Below, piece after piece: positions 1-11,844 of a DNA stretch of 36,353 nucleotides. Position 1 is the stretch's first letter. Each line of letters begins with the position of its first letter. The position numbers and the translations under genes are program-made. The notes below the pieces were generated by a model. The model was not told the DNA's origin, did not search any database, and was given only the letters and a program-made list of their open reading frames with translations. Source of the DNA: Myxococcota bacterium. GTDB lineage: Bacteria; Myxococcota_A; Polyangia; Polyangiales; Sandaracinaceae. The DNA lies in contig JAYZQJ010000272.1 in assembly GCA_036149055.1 (NCBI GenBank), positions 1 to 36,353 on the forward strand, given 5' to 3'.

Positions 1-74
1 GCTTCGCTCGAATCCGCGTGTCCCGCGCTCCGCGCGTGAGCCACGCGGCTCGCGCTCGCGCTTCGCGCGAGCTG

Positions 75-535
75 GCCGCCCGCTGCCGCGGGATCGAACC
101 TCTCGAGTGCCGCGTGCGGCGACATCGCTGCGCTCGTCGCCTGCCGTGGTCTCGGGGGCTCGACCTGCGTGCCGCCCGCTGCCGCGGGATCGAACCTGGG
201 GGGCTGCGTGCGGCGACCGCGCTGCGCTCGTCGCCTGCCGTGGTCTCGGGGGCTCGACCTGCGTGTCGCCCGCTGCCGCGGGATCGAACCTGGGGGGTAC
301 TCGTGCGGCGACCTCGCTGCGCTCGTCGCCTGCCGTGGTGTCGGGGGCTCGTCCTGCGTGTCGCCCGCTGCCGCGGGATCGAACCTGGGGGGCTGCGTGC
401 GGCGACGTCGCTGCGCTCGTCGCCTGCCGTGGTCTCGGGGGCTCGACCTGCGTGCCGCCCGCTGCCGCGGGACCTGATCTGGGGGGTACTCGTGCGGCGA
501 CGTCGCTGCGCTCGTCGCCTGCCGTGGTCTTGGGG
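75..535. repeat. Tandem array of five ~94-96 bp units with an internal GGCGAC...GTCGCC hairpin (REP/BIME-like intergenic repeat)
   Basis: Anchor GGATCGAACC at 91, 187, 281, 376 and a degenerate copy at 470 (periods 96, 94, 95, 94). Units are near-identical with no unique spacers. The array lies downstream of the stop at 564. Confidence 0.95.
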
Positions 536-563
536 CCGACACGTGGGTCGCGCGCGGATCGAG

Positions 564-1808
564 CTACCAGACGGGCTCGCAGATGGAGGCGCAGAGCGCG
601 TCCGTCGACTCGAGGGGTTGCCGCGCGAGGCAGATCGATTGCGCTCCGCAGTCTCCGTTCGTCTCGCAGGACCGTCGGCAGTGGCCGGTCACCGGATCGC
701 AGCGGCCGTGCGGGCAGTCTCCCTCCGTCGCGCACTCGTGGACGGAGCTGTGGTGGGCGCCGCCCGCGCAGGCGACGAACGCAGGGCGGGCGAGGGCCCG
801 GGCGTGGAAGCGGTAGAGGCCCTCGTGTCCCGCGTCGGCCGTGTAGTCGTCGAAGAAGAATCCGGCGCCCTCGGGCAGCCAGCCGCGCCGCCGGTCGAGC
901 GCGGTCGGGTGCAGCTCCGGGAGCTCGCACAGGCGCCCGTGGGCCCAGCGACGCAGGCGCGCGTCCGGGATCTCCAGGCACAGCGCGTCGGGGTCCTCTT
1001 CGGTGAGCTCGAGCAGCCCCCGGCAGCCTTCGGGACGCGACCGGTAGCCAGTCGACGGACGCCTGAGCCGGGACCGCGCGACCTGTCGGAGGCCGGCGAG
1101 GGCGGCGTCGAACCGCGCGGCGCAGACGGGCTGGGCGACGACGGTGGCGCCGCGCTGGGCGAGCGCCGCGGTGGCCTCGACCAGACCCTCGGGCTCGCCC
1201 GCCCCGCAGCCGCCCTCTCGGATCGGCGCGCCCGGCTCCTCGGCCGAGACGTCGTTCGCGACCACGAGGACCGGCGCGCGCAGCGAGGTCGGTGGCCGGT
1301 CGACGCACGACGGGTCACCGTCGCACGCGTCGCGGCGCCCGACGAGGAGCGCGGCCGGGCGACCGTCCGGACGAGAGAGCGCGTCGTCGGTCAGCCCGCG
1401 CCCGGCGGCCTCGAGCGGGCGCGGCGCACACGGCTCGGGCGGCGCGTCCAGGGCGCAGCGCAGGGCGTCCCACGGCTGACCCTCACCGGCGCCGAAGCGG
1501 AGCACGGGCGGCGCGCCCTCACAGCGCAGCAGCTCTCCGTCGGCGCAGGCGGAGGTGACCGCCACCCGGACGTCGACGCCCCGCCCCTCGTCGCTCGCGA
1601 ACGCCCGCACGAGGCGGACCGTCTCGTCCGCCACCCGGGCGCGCTCGGCCGGGTCGAAGGAGACGGAGTCGAAGACGATGACGAGATCGATGGGCGCCGC
1701 CGGGTGCCGCTCGAGAGGCAGCCGGCGGGCTCCCTCGACGCAGTTTCCGGAGGGGGCATGCGCCCCCTCCCGCCCGACCGGCAAAGCCGGCTCGGGCTCC
1801 CACCCCAT
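564..1808 (-). CDS. Hypothetical myxobacterial protein, vWA-like N-terminal region and Cys-rich C-terminus; probably an N-terminally frameshifted lipoprotein
   Basis: IDLVIVFDS resembles the vWA first strand/MIDAS region. The C-terminus has CxxxxDC-type Cys repeats (CATEGDCPHGRC, CETNGDC). ATG 1808 is one candidate start (in-frame GTG 1886 and an ATG inside the hairpin also exist); a signal peptide is encoded in another frame at 1933-1853. Confidence 0.6.
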   Translation of the reverse strand: MGWEPEPALPVGREGAHAPSGNCVEGARRLPLERHPAAPIDLVIVFDSVSFDPAERARVADETVRLVRAFASDEGRGVDVRVAVTSACADGELLRCEGAPPVLRFGAGEGQPWDALRCALDAPPEPCAPRPLEAAGRGLTDDALSRPDGRPAALLVGRRDACDGDPSCVDRPPTSLRAPVLVVANDVSAEEPGAPIREGGCGAGEPEGLVEATAALAQRGATVVAQPVCAARFDAALAGLRQVARSRLRRPSTGYRSRPEGCRGLLELTEEDPDALCLEIPDARLRRWAHGRLCELPELHPTALDRRRGWLPEGAGFFFDDYTADAGHEGLYRFHARALARPAFVACAGGAHHSSVHECATEGDCPHGRCDPVTGHCRRSCETNGDCGAQSICLARQPLESTDALCASICEPVW

Positions 1809-1810
1809 CT

Positions 1811-1854
1811 CACGCGCTGATGCGCGTGGAAGCTGCGGCATTTGCCGCAGCTTC
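1811..1854. repeat. Two abutting perfect inverted repeats (7-bp and 12-bp arms)
   Basis: CACGCGC-tgat-GCGCGTG (1811-1828) is immediately followed by GAAGCTGCGGCA-tt-TGCCGCAGCTTC (1829-1854). Confidence 0.9.
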
Positions 1855-1933
1855 AAAACGCGGGGCTCGCGCCGCCGTCGCCGCACCCGACGAGGCAGAG
1901 CAGGACGAGCCAGCAGCGCAGACCTCTCCCCAC
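1853..1933 (-). other. 26-codon mini-ORF encoding a lipoprotein signal peptide (MGRGLRCWLVLLCLVG/CGDGGASPAF*), out of frame with 564..1808
   Basis: Manual translation from GTG 1933: basic N-region, hydrophobic core, lipobox LVGC, then TTT TGA at 1858-1853. Confidence 0.6.
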
Positions 1934-1946
1934 GGAGGGTGGCCGA

Positions 1947-1962
1947 AGCAAGGAGGACGCCG
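1947..1962 (-). promoter_or_regulatory. Candidate sigma54 (-24/-12) promoter
   Basis: Minus strand cGGcgtcctccTTGCT has correct GG-N10-GC spacing and TTGCT; the GC lies 14 nt upstream of GTG 1933. The -24 element departs from TGGCAC. Confidence 0.35.
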
Positions 1963-2015
1963 CGTCGCGGAGCGGGGAGGGCGTTCCCCGTGCGCCAACG
2001 CCATTGTCGGGGCTG

Positions 2016-2981
2016 TCACCACTGGGCGGGCGTGGGCTCCGCGGGCTGCTCGATGTCGGAGGGGACGCGCTGGGCCTCGATGAAGATGCGGCGCACGCGC
2101 GGGTCGCACTCCCGGATGCCGGCCTCGATCTCGTCGACCGCGCGCGCCACCTGGTCGGCCGTCAGGTCGCGCTGGAAGGTGATGTCGAGGGCGACGAGGA
2201 TGCGCTCGGGGCCGAAGTGCATGGTGAACGGCCGGCCCGCCTCGATGATGTCGTCGCGCTTCGCGGTCACCGCCTCGATCGCCTCGATGACCTCCGGATC
2301 GGTCGACTCGCCGACCAGGAGGCGGCGGGACTGGGCGACGAGGTAGATGGCGGCCGCGCCGAGGATGAGGCCGATCAGGATCGAGGCGATGGCGTCGGGG
2401 TAGGGCGAGCCGGTCCACTGGGTGAGGCCGAGCCCGACCGCGGCGATCAGCACGCCGAAGAGGGCCGCGCTGTCTTCGCCGACCACGATGAAGCGGCTGG
2501 GATCCTTGCTCCGGAAGAGCTTCTGGAGGAAGCCGTTGCCCCGCTCCTCCTGCTTCACCGCCCGGACCGCGATCACCCAGCTGGTGCCTTCGCTGACCAG
2601 GGCCACGCCGAGCACCACGTAGCTCCAGAGATACGACTCGGCGACCTCGCCCCGGCCGGAGAGCAGGCGGGTGACGCCCTCGTAGACCGAGACCCCGCCG
2701 CCGATGCCGAAGAGGAGCACCGCGTAGATCAGCGCCCAGAAGTAGACCTCTTTGCCGTAGCCGAAGGGGTGGTCCTCGTCGGCCGGCTTCCGGCTCCGCT
2801 TGACCCCGAACAGGATGATCCCCTGGTTCGCGGTGTCGACGGCGGAGTGCACCCCCTCCGCGAACATGGCGGCGCTGCCCGAGAAGGCGGCGGCGACGAA
2901 CTTGGCGACCATGATGACGAGGTTCGCCGCCATCGCGGCCAGCACGGTGAACGGGTGACTCTCGCCTTCTCGCTCGCTCAT
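2016..2981 (-). CDS. Cation diffusion facilitator (CDF) family transporter
   Basis: SGSAAMFAEGVHSAVD (TM2 HxxxD), HPFGYGKE, EDSAAL, about 6 TM segments and a C-terminal dimerisation domain. Start placed at ATG 2981; the ORF extension to 3110 does not look coding. Confidence 0.93.
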   Translation of the reverse strand: MSEREGESHPFTVLAAMAANLVIMVAKFVAAAFSGSAAMFAEGVHSAVDTANQGIILFGVKRSRKPADEDHPFGYGKEVYFWALIYAVLLFGIGGGVSVYEGVTRLLSGRGEVAESYLWSYVVLGVALVSEGTSWVIAVRAVKQEERGNGFLQKLFRSKDPSRFIVVGEDSAALFGVLIAAVGLGLTQWTGSPYPDAIASILIGLILGAAAIYLVAQSRRLLVGESTDPEVIEAIEAVTAKRDDIIEAGRPFTMHFGPERILVALDITFQRDLTADQVARAVDEIEAGIRECDPRVRRIFIEAQRVPSDIEQPAEPTPAQW

Positions 2982-3103
2982 CACCGGCGACCTAGGCCCG
3001 GCGCGACGGTTCACAGCCGCCCGGGGAGTCCCTGGTCGTGGGTATGGAAAAATCGCGAGAGACGGTTTGGAGCGTGGAAGACCGCGGGATCGTTGCGTCC
3101 TCG

Positions 3104-3133
3104 TTGACACCGGGGGTTTCGGACGGCGAACAT
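3104..3133 (+). promoter_or_regulatory. Possible sigma70-type promoter for the FrgA-like gene
   Basis: Perfect TTGACA at 3104-3109 and a weak -10 GAACAT at 3128-3133 (18-nt spacer), upstream of ATG 3146. Confidence 0.3.
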
Positions 3134-3145
3134 TCGACGCTCGCG

Positions 3146-6037
3146 ATGTCCGCCCTCACCTCGCTCTTGGTTCGGGACGGCGTCGTCCCCGTGCGCAAGA
3201 TCGAGGAGGCGCTCCAGCGCCAAGTCATCTCGGGCGGGGACATGGAGACGCTCCTCCTCGAGATGAACGCCGTGCCGGAGAACACTCTGGCGGCGTACAA
3301 GGCCGCGTTGCTGGGTGTGACCGCCGCGACGCGCGAGGAGGTGATGGCGGTGACGGGCGAGGTGCTCAGCCTCGTGCCCTCGGACGTCGCGGTCCAGCTG
3401 CGGCTCGTGCCGCTCGCGGTGGACGGGCGCACGCTGCAGGTCGCGGTCGCCGGCGCGCTCACCCCGGAGCAGGAGGAGCGGGTCGGGTTCCTGCTCGGCT
3501 ACGATCTCTCGCCGCGGATCGTGTGCGAGGTCCGGCTCGCGGCCGCGCTCTCGCTGCACTACGGCGCGGAGCTGGCGCCGCGCATGGTGCGCCTCATCGA
3601 CAAGGTGCGGAGCCGGCAGAGCGGCGAGCTGCCCGCGGTCGAGCAGAAGGTGCCCGAGGCCCTGAAGGGGCACGAGGCGGACATCCCGGAGAAGTCGGGC
3701 GAGCCGGCGTTCCTCCGGCGCACGAAGAGCTTCGGCTCGATGATCCTGGAGCCCGCGCCGCCCGAGTCGGAGCCGCCGCCCGCCGCGGCGGTGAAGGAGA
3801 CCGCGGAGCACACGCCGCCGGCGGATCTGCGTCGCCTCCGGGGGCCGATGACGCTCGCGGCGGGGGAGCGCATGCTCCGGCAGGCCGCCGACCGCGACCA
3901 GATCCTCGAGGTCCTGTTCGGGTTCGCGCAGCAGTTCTTCGACTACACCGCGCTCTTCGTGGTGCACGACGATCAGGCGGACGGCCGCGCCGCCTACGGG
4001 CCCGGCGCCCCCACGCTCGAGGTGCAGGCGCTGAGCTTCCCGCTCTCGCGGCCCAGCATCCTCGCCGAGGTCCGGCGCACGCTCTCGCCGCAGGTCCGTC
4101 GGCTCGACCAGGCCGAGGGCGATCGCGACATCGCCGTGGGGCTGCGCCGTCCCGAGGCGCCGCCCGCGTTCGTGATGCCGATCGCGATCCGGCAGCGGGT
4201 CGTCGTGCTCGTCTACGGCGACCGCGACGGGGAGACGTTCGACATCGGCGCCGCGATGGAGCTCGTGCGCTTCGGGCCGCGGGTGGTCGAGGCCTTCGAG
4301 CAGCTGATCTTGCGTAACAAGCGCGGCTACGGCTCGGCGCCGCCGCCCGAGAAGCCGGCGCCGAAGGCCGAGCGGGTCACGCTGAAGGAGGCGGCCCGGA
4401 ACGTCGCCTCGACCGCGGGCACCGCGCGGCCGACCTCCGAGCGGAGGGAGCGCGGGCGCACCTCGTGGCACCCGGGGCGTCGCAGCTCGCCCGGGTTCGC
4501 GCCGCCCGCCGAGGCCCACTCCAAGGACAGCTGGGACACGGTGGCGCGCTCCCCGCAGCCCCTCCGACCCGAAGGCTCGCGCGCGCCGACGCCGCCCCCG
4601 GGGGCCGTCGTCGAGCCGGCCCGCGAGCCGAAGGAGCCGGAGGGTCGCGAGGCCGTGCCGCCCGCTCGGCCGCGCAAGCCGCTCCCGGCCGACGCGCCCC
4701 CCTCCGCGATCCTCGGCATCCCGCGCGCCGCGCCGCCCCCGCCGCCTTCGGCCGAGTTCGATCTCGCCCACACCGCCCTCGCCGGGCTCGACGAAGACGA
4801 CGACGAGCCGGAGCTCTCGTTCGACGCGGACGACGACGACGAGCCCGACGTCGTCATCGACATGGGCGACGACGACGACGAGGACTGGGGCGACGAAGAG
4901 GTCGAGGAGCCGCCGAGCCCGGCGCCGGCGTCGAGCGCGCCTCGCGACCCTCGGGCCGGCACCTACCAGGTCCGCGACGCGCCCGTCGACGTCGTGCGCC
5001 CGGATCGCCGCTCCGACCGCCCGCGGGCCCGATCGGTCCGCCCGCCCAAGGACCCGCGCCGCGACGAAGGCGACGACGAGCCACGTCCGGAGGTCGTCCG
5101 GGTCCCGGAGGGCATCCACTCCGAGCCGCCGCGCGGGCTCGACGCCGACACGCGCTCGGTCATCGTCGACATGGGCGAGCAGGTCCACGCGCAGGTGGCG
5201 GACCTGGCCGAGGCCAAGAGCGAGCGGGAGTGGGACCACCTCGTCGAGGGGCTCCTGGCGCTCGGCGACGCCGCGCTCCCGGCGCTCGTGCAGGCCTTCC
5301 CGGGCGCCCTCGTCTGGACGCGGCAGAAGGGCGGGCGGCTGCCTCGCGGGCGCGACCTCTCCCCGGTGGCGCGCGCCCTCGTGGCGTTCGGCGAGCGGGC
5401 CGCGAGCTACACCGCCTCGCTCCTGAGCTCGGCCCACCCCGACGTGCGCTTCTACGCGATCCTCGTGGCCGCGGAGCTCGTGCACCCGGACCTGACCGAC
5501 GCGGTCGCCGAGCGCATCCACGACGAGGACGAGGGCGTCCGCCGCCTCGCCGTCCAGCTGCTGCCCCGCTTCGCCAGCTTCCGCGGCTTCGACGAGGTGC
5601 GCACCGTGGTCCGACGCACCGCGCGCCTGCGCGGCAAGGATCCGTCGCGCCGCCTCCAGGCCATCGACGCGGTGGCCGCGCTCCGCGACGTCGAGATGGT
5701 GCCCAAGCTCATCGAGCACCTGAAGGACCACGATGACGACCTCGCCGAGCACGCCCACCGCGCGCTCATCGCCATCACCGGCAACGACGTCGGCCGCACC
5801 CACCGCAAGTGGGCCTCCTGGTGGGAGCGCAACCGCGCGCGTCACCGCGTCGAGTGGCTCATCGAGGGCCTCGGCCACGCCGACGAGCGCGTGCGCCGCC
5901 TCGCGGGCGACGAGCTGCAGCGGACGACCCAGCAGTACTACGGCTACCACCCCGGCAGCCCGAAGCGCGACCGCGACCTGGTCGCCCGACGCTACCGCCA
6001 GTGGTGGGACCGCGAGGGCCACGAGCGCTTCGGCTGA
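3146..6037 (+). CDS. FrgA-like protein: MshEN/GspE-N-like domain, GAF-like domain, Pro/acidic linker, C-terminal HEAT repeats
   Basis: N-terminal LTSLLVRDGVVPVRKIEEALQRQ...VPSDVAVQLRLVPL...LQVAVA is GspE-N-like. DRDQILEVLFGFAQQFFDYTALF begins a GAF-like segment recalled from myxobacterial FrgA. HEAT motifs: HPDVRFYA, DEGVRRLA, DERVRRLA. Confidence 0.75.
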   Translation: MSALTSLLVRDGVVPVRKIEEALQRQVISGGDMETLLLEMNAVPENTLAAYKAALLGVTAATREEVMAVTGEVLSLVPSDVAVQLRLVPLAVDGRTLQVAVAGALTPEQEERVGFLLGYDLSPRIVCEVRLAAALSLHYGAELAPRMVRLIDKVRSRQSGELPAVEQKVPEALKGHEADIPEKSGEPAFLRRTKSFGSMILEPAPPESEPPPAAAVKETAEHTPPADLRRLRGPMTLAAGERMLRQAADRDQILEVLFGFAQQFFDYTALFVVHDDQADGRAAYGPGAPTLEVQALSFPLSRPSILAEVRRTLSPQVRRLDQAEGDRDIAVGLRRPEAPPAFVMPIAIRQRVVVLVYGDRDGETFDIGAAMELVRFGPRVVEAFEQLILRNKRGYGSAPPPEKPAPKAERVTLKEAARNVASTAGTARPTSERRERGRTSWHPGRRSSPGFAPPAEAHSKDSWDTVARSPQPLRPEGSRAPTPPPGAVVEPAREPKEPEGREAVPPARPRKPLPADAPPSAILGIPRAAPPPPPSAEFDLAHTALAGLDEDDDEPELSFDADDDDEPDVVIDMGDDDDEDWGDEEVEEPPSPAPASSAPRDPRAGTYQVRDAPVDVVRPDRRSDRPRARSVRPPKDPRRDEGDDEPRPEVVRVPEGIHSEPPRGLDADTRSVIVDMGEQVHAQVADLAEAKSEREWDHLVEGLLALGDAALPALVQAFPGALVWTRQKGGRLPRGRDLSPVARALVAFGERAASYTASLLSSAHPDVRFYAILVAAELVHPDLTDAVAERIHDEDEGVRRLAVQLLPRFASFRGFDEVRTVVRRTARLRGKDPSRRLQAIDAVAALRDVEMVPKLIEHLKDHDDDLAEHAHRALIAITGNDVGRTHRKWASWWERNRARHRVEWLIEGLGHADERVRRLAGDELQRTTQQYYGYHPGSPKRDRDLVARRYRQWWDREGHERFG

Positions 6038-6049
6038 AGCGCCCGCCCG

Positions 6050-6381
6050 CTACATGGGCTCGGGCGTCGGCTCCTCGCCGAAGGTGCCGGACGTCGGCTG
6101 CCAGCGCGCTGGAGCCTCCGGCTGCAGCCGGAAGAGCGCGTCGACGCAGAGCACGGCGCCGTGAGGCCCCACCACCGCGCCGAGCCCGGCCTCCCCCGCG
6201 GTGCCCCAGACGACCCCGGCGGGCAGCTGCTCGCCGCATGGATCGGCGACCCGCCATTGCCATTCCGGTACGAGCTGAGCCGGGCGCTGCTCGAGCGCGG
6301 CGGAGCTCCCCTCCACGGCTTCGTGACCGGCGCACCCCGTCAACGCGAAGTAGGCCATCACGGCCAGAAGGATCGTTCGCT

Positions 6382-6385
<4 letters not shown>
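6050..6385 (-). CDS. Small (111 aa) hypothetical lipoprotein with C-terminal tail GEEPTPEPM
   Basis: MKRTILLAVMAYFALTG/C is a classic signal II peptide. ATG 6385 overlaps the upstream stop (ATGA, 6385-6382). The ORF-track start at 6730 lies inside the upstream gene. Confidence 0.85.
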
Positions 6386-9773
<3,388 letters not shown>

Positions 9774-9777
<4 letters not shown>

Positions 9778-11705
9778 GCGAACCAGCTCATGTCGATCAG
9801 GGTCTGCGGGTCACCCAGGGCGCGGGCGCTGAGGAGGTTGACCTCGACGTCGTCGGCGCCGAAGCGCTCGAGGCTGCGCGCGAGGAAGCCGATCAGGCCG
9901 ACGGCCAGGGTGAGGGAGGGCTCGTCGCGCTCCACCAGCTCGAGGCGCCCGTAGCCGCGCCCGACCCGGCGCACCTCCACGTCCACGCCGCGCACGACCT
10001 TCTTCAGGATCGCGGGCATCTCCGCCACCAGCAGCTCGGGCGGCGGGGCCGGCGGGCGCAGCGCGCGCATCTCGTCGAAGGCGCCCTCGGCGGCCGCGCG
10101 CCCCGCCTCGAGCACGAGGTGCAGGTCGTCGTCGCCCAGCCGGCTGTCGATGGTCTCCACCAGGATGCGGACCGCGAAGAGGTCCACCCAGCTGTCGGCG
10201 TCGATGCCCTGCACGAAGGGGAGCCGCGCCTGCTCCGGCATCGCGTCGAGCACGTCCTTCAGCGATCGCTCGCCGAACTTGCGGGCCACGAAGCGCAGGA
10301 CCGCGAGCACCACCGCGCCCGCGTAGTAGCCGCCCTGCGGCATCTTCTCGGTGGTCTTCGCCTGGGCGAAGGCGCGGCGCTCCCCCGGCGAGGGCGCGCG
10401 CACCCGACCGTGCTCCTGGGTCGAGGTCTCCTCCGAGACGTGGATCGGATCTTCGACCTCGACCGGGATCTCGTCGATCTCCGGCTCGGGCGCGACCGCG
10501 GTCTCCCCCGAGCGCCGGGCCGCCTCGGCGTCGAGCTGACGGATCATCGCGAGCGCCTCCTCGGCGCTCATCCGCTGGGTCATGTCGGCGTCGCTCGACG
10601 GCTCGCTCTTCGGCTTGGCGACCGGGCGGGGCGGCAGCGCGCGCGGCGGGAGCGTCGAGGGCTTGGGGATCGGCCCGGTGCTCGAGCGGTGGCGCGTCTC
10701 GCGCGCCTTGATCCGCATCATCTCCATCGTGAAGGAGTCGCTCGGCTGATCGTCGCGGAAGGGCACGCGGAGCCCGCCGAAGGGGAAGAGCGCCTCGGCG
10801 AAGGCCTCCGAGTTCGCCCAGCGCTCCTCGCGATCCTTGGCGAGGGCGCGCATCACGATCTGCTCCAGGGCGGGGCTCAGGTCCGAGCGGCGCTGGCGCA
10901 GCGGCGGCGGCGGCTCCTTGCGCACCTTGCGCGCCAGCTCCCGGAAGGTCGGCGCGTCGAACGGGCGGCGCCCGGCGAGCATCTCGTAGAGCACCACGCC
11001 CACCGAGTAGACGTCGAGCCGCGGGTCGCGCCGGTCGTCGCCGCGGAGCCGCTCGGGCGCGGCGTAGGCCGGGGTGCCGACCAGGGTGCGCTCCGGGGTC
11101 AGCGACTTCGCGTCCTTCTTGCCCTGGAAGAGCGCCGCGAAGCCGAAGTCGCAGACCTTCACGAAGTTCCGGTCGCCGAAGCGGACCACGAGCATGAGGT
11201 TCGCGGGCTTGAGGTCGCGGTGGAGGATGCCCCGGTCGTGGGCGCCCTGGAGGCCGGCGAGGGTGTGGATGGCGATCGTGGCGGCGCGCTTCACCGGCAG
11301 CGGGCCGTCCATCGCGATCACCTGCGAGAGGCTCCGGCCGCGCAGGTACTCCATGACCATGTACGGCCGCGCGCCCTCGGTGCCGAAGTCGAGGATGTCG
11401 ATGATGTTCGGGTGGCCGATCGCGGCCGCGGCGCGGGCCTCGCGCTGGAAGCGCTCCACCGACGACGGGTTCTCGGCCACCGCCGGGTGGAGCAGCTTGA
11501 TGGCCACGAACCGCCGCAGGACCTGGTCCGCCGCCTTGTAGACCGCGCCCATGCCACCGTCGCCGAGGAGCCGCACCAGGTGGTAGCGGTTGGCGATCAG
11601 CCGCCCGACCATCTCCGGATCGCCCGCGATCGGCCGGCCCGTGGCGGTGCATCGCAGGGTCCCCTTGGGATGACGGGCGCCGCAGTGCGGACATTTGCGG
11701 ACCAC
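9774..11705 (-). CDS. Cytoplasmic Hanks-type Ser/Thr protein kinase with N-terminal Cys/His knuckle and C-terminal DUF2378/TIGR02265-like domain
   Basis: [35 protein letters not shown]-terminal CPHCGARH...C. C-terminal [16 protein letters not shown]...DSWVDL...AGRAAA resembles the myxobacterial DUF2378 family. No TM segment. Confidence 0.92.
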
Positions 11706-11711
11706 GAGGCG

Positions 11712-11717
11712 AGCATA
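11712..11717 (-). promoter_or_regulatory. -10 box TATGCT 6 nt upstream of kinase GTG (leaderless type)
   Basis: TATGCT-cgcctc-GTG(11705); no SD. Confidence 0.55.
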
Positions 11718-11766
11718 CCCCGTCCCGCTCCGTGGGGGGCGCTCCGGTGGCCCCTCCCGGCCCGAC

Positions 11767-11775
11767 TGATAAGAT
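11767..11775 (+). promoter_or_regulatory. Extended -10 candidate (TG-a-TAAGAT) for the 11845 gene
   Basis: TGATAAGAT in the divergent intergenic region, about 70 nt upstream of GTG 11845. Confidence 0.4.
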
Positions 11776-11844
11776 GGCCGGTCCGGGCCGCCCCGAGAGG
11801 GCGCCGTCGTCGTTCCAGAATCGAGAGTCGTTCCCAGGGTTTTC

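Noticed and set aside
85..105. tRNA-like T-loop (minus strand GGTTCGATCCC) in each repeat unit
   Set aside because: Only about 2 bp of T-stem can form; no acceptor stem, anticodon arm or CCA.
75..535. CRISPR array
   Set aside because: Whole ~95-bp units are repeated, there are no unique spacers and no cas genes in the window.
18..1820. 600-aa plus-strand ORF and other ORFs across the repeat
   Set aside because: Arg/Ala-rich translation of a repeat plus the antisense of 564-1808; no motifs.
1829..1858. Intrinsic terminator, SECIS, or prfB-type +1 frameshift at TTT-TGA
   Set aside because: The T run precedes the stem on the minus strand, so it is not a terminator. UGA readthrough enters a non-coding-looking frame. 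A +1 shift hits a stop at 1812-1810. Only the -1 frame reaches the gene body and there is no canonical X-XXY-YYZ site.
2016..2045. CDF C-terminus (EPTPAQW) resembling the lipoprotein tail (EPTPEPM)
   Set aside because: A four-residue match in a Pro/Glu-rich proteome; PEPTP also occurs in the 25722 protein, so chance is likely.
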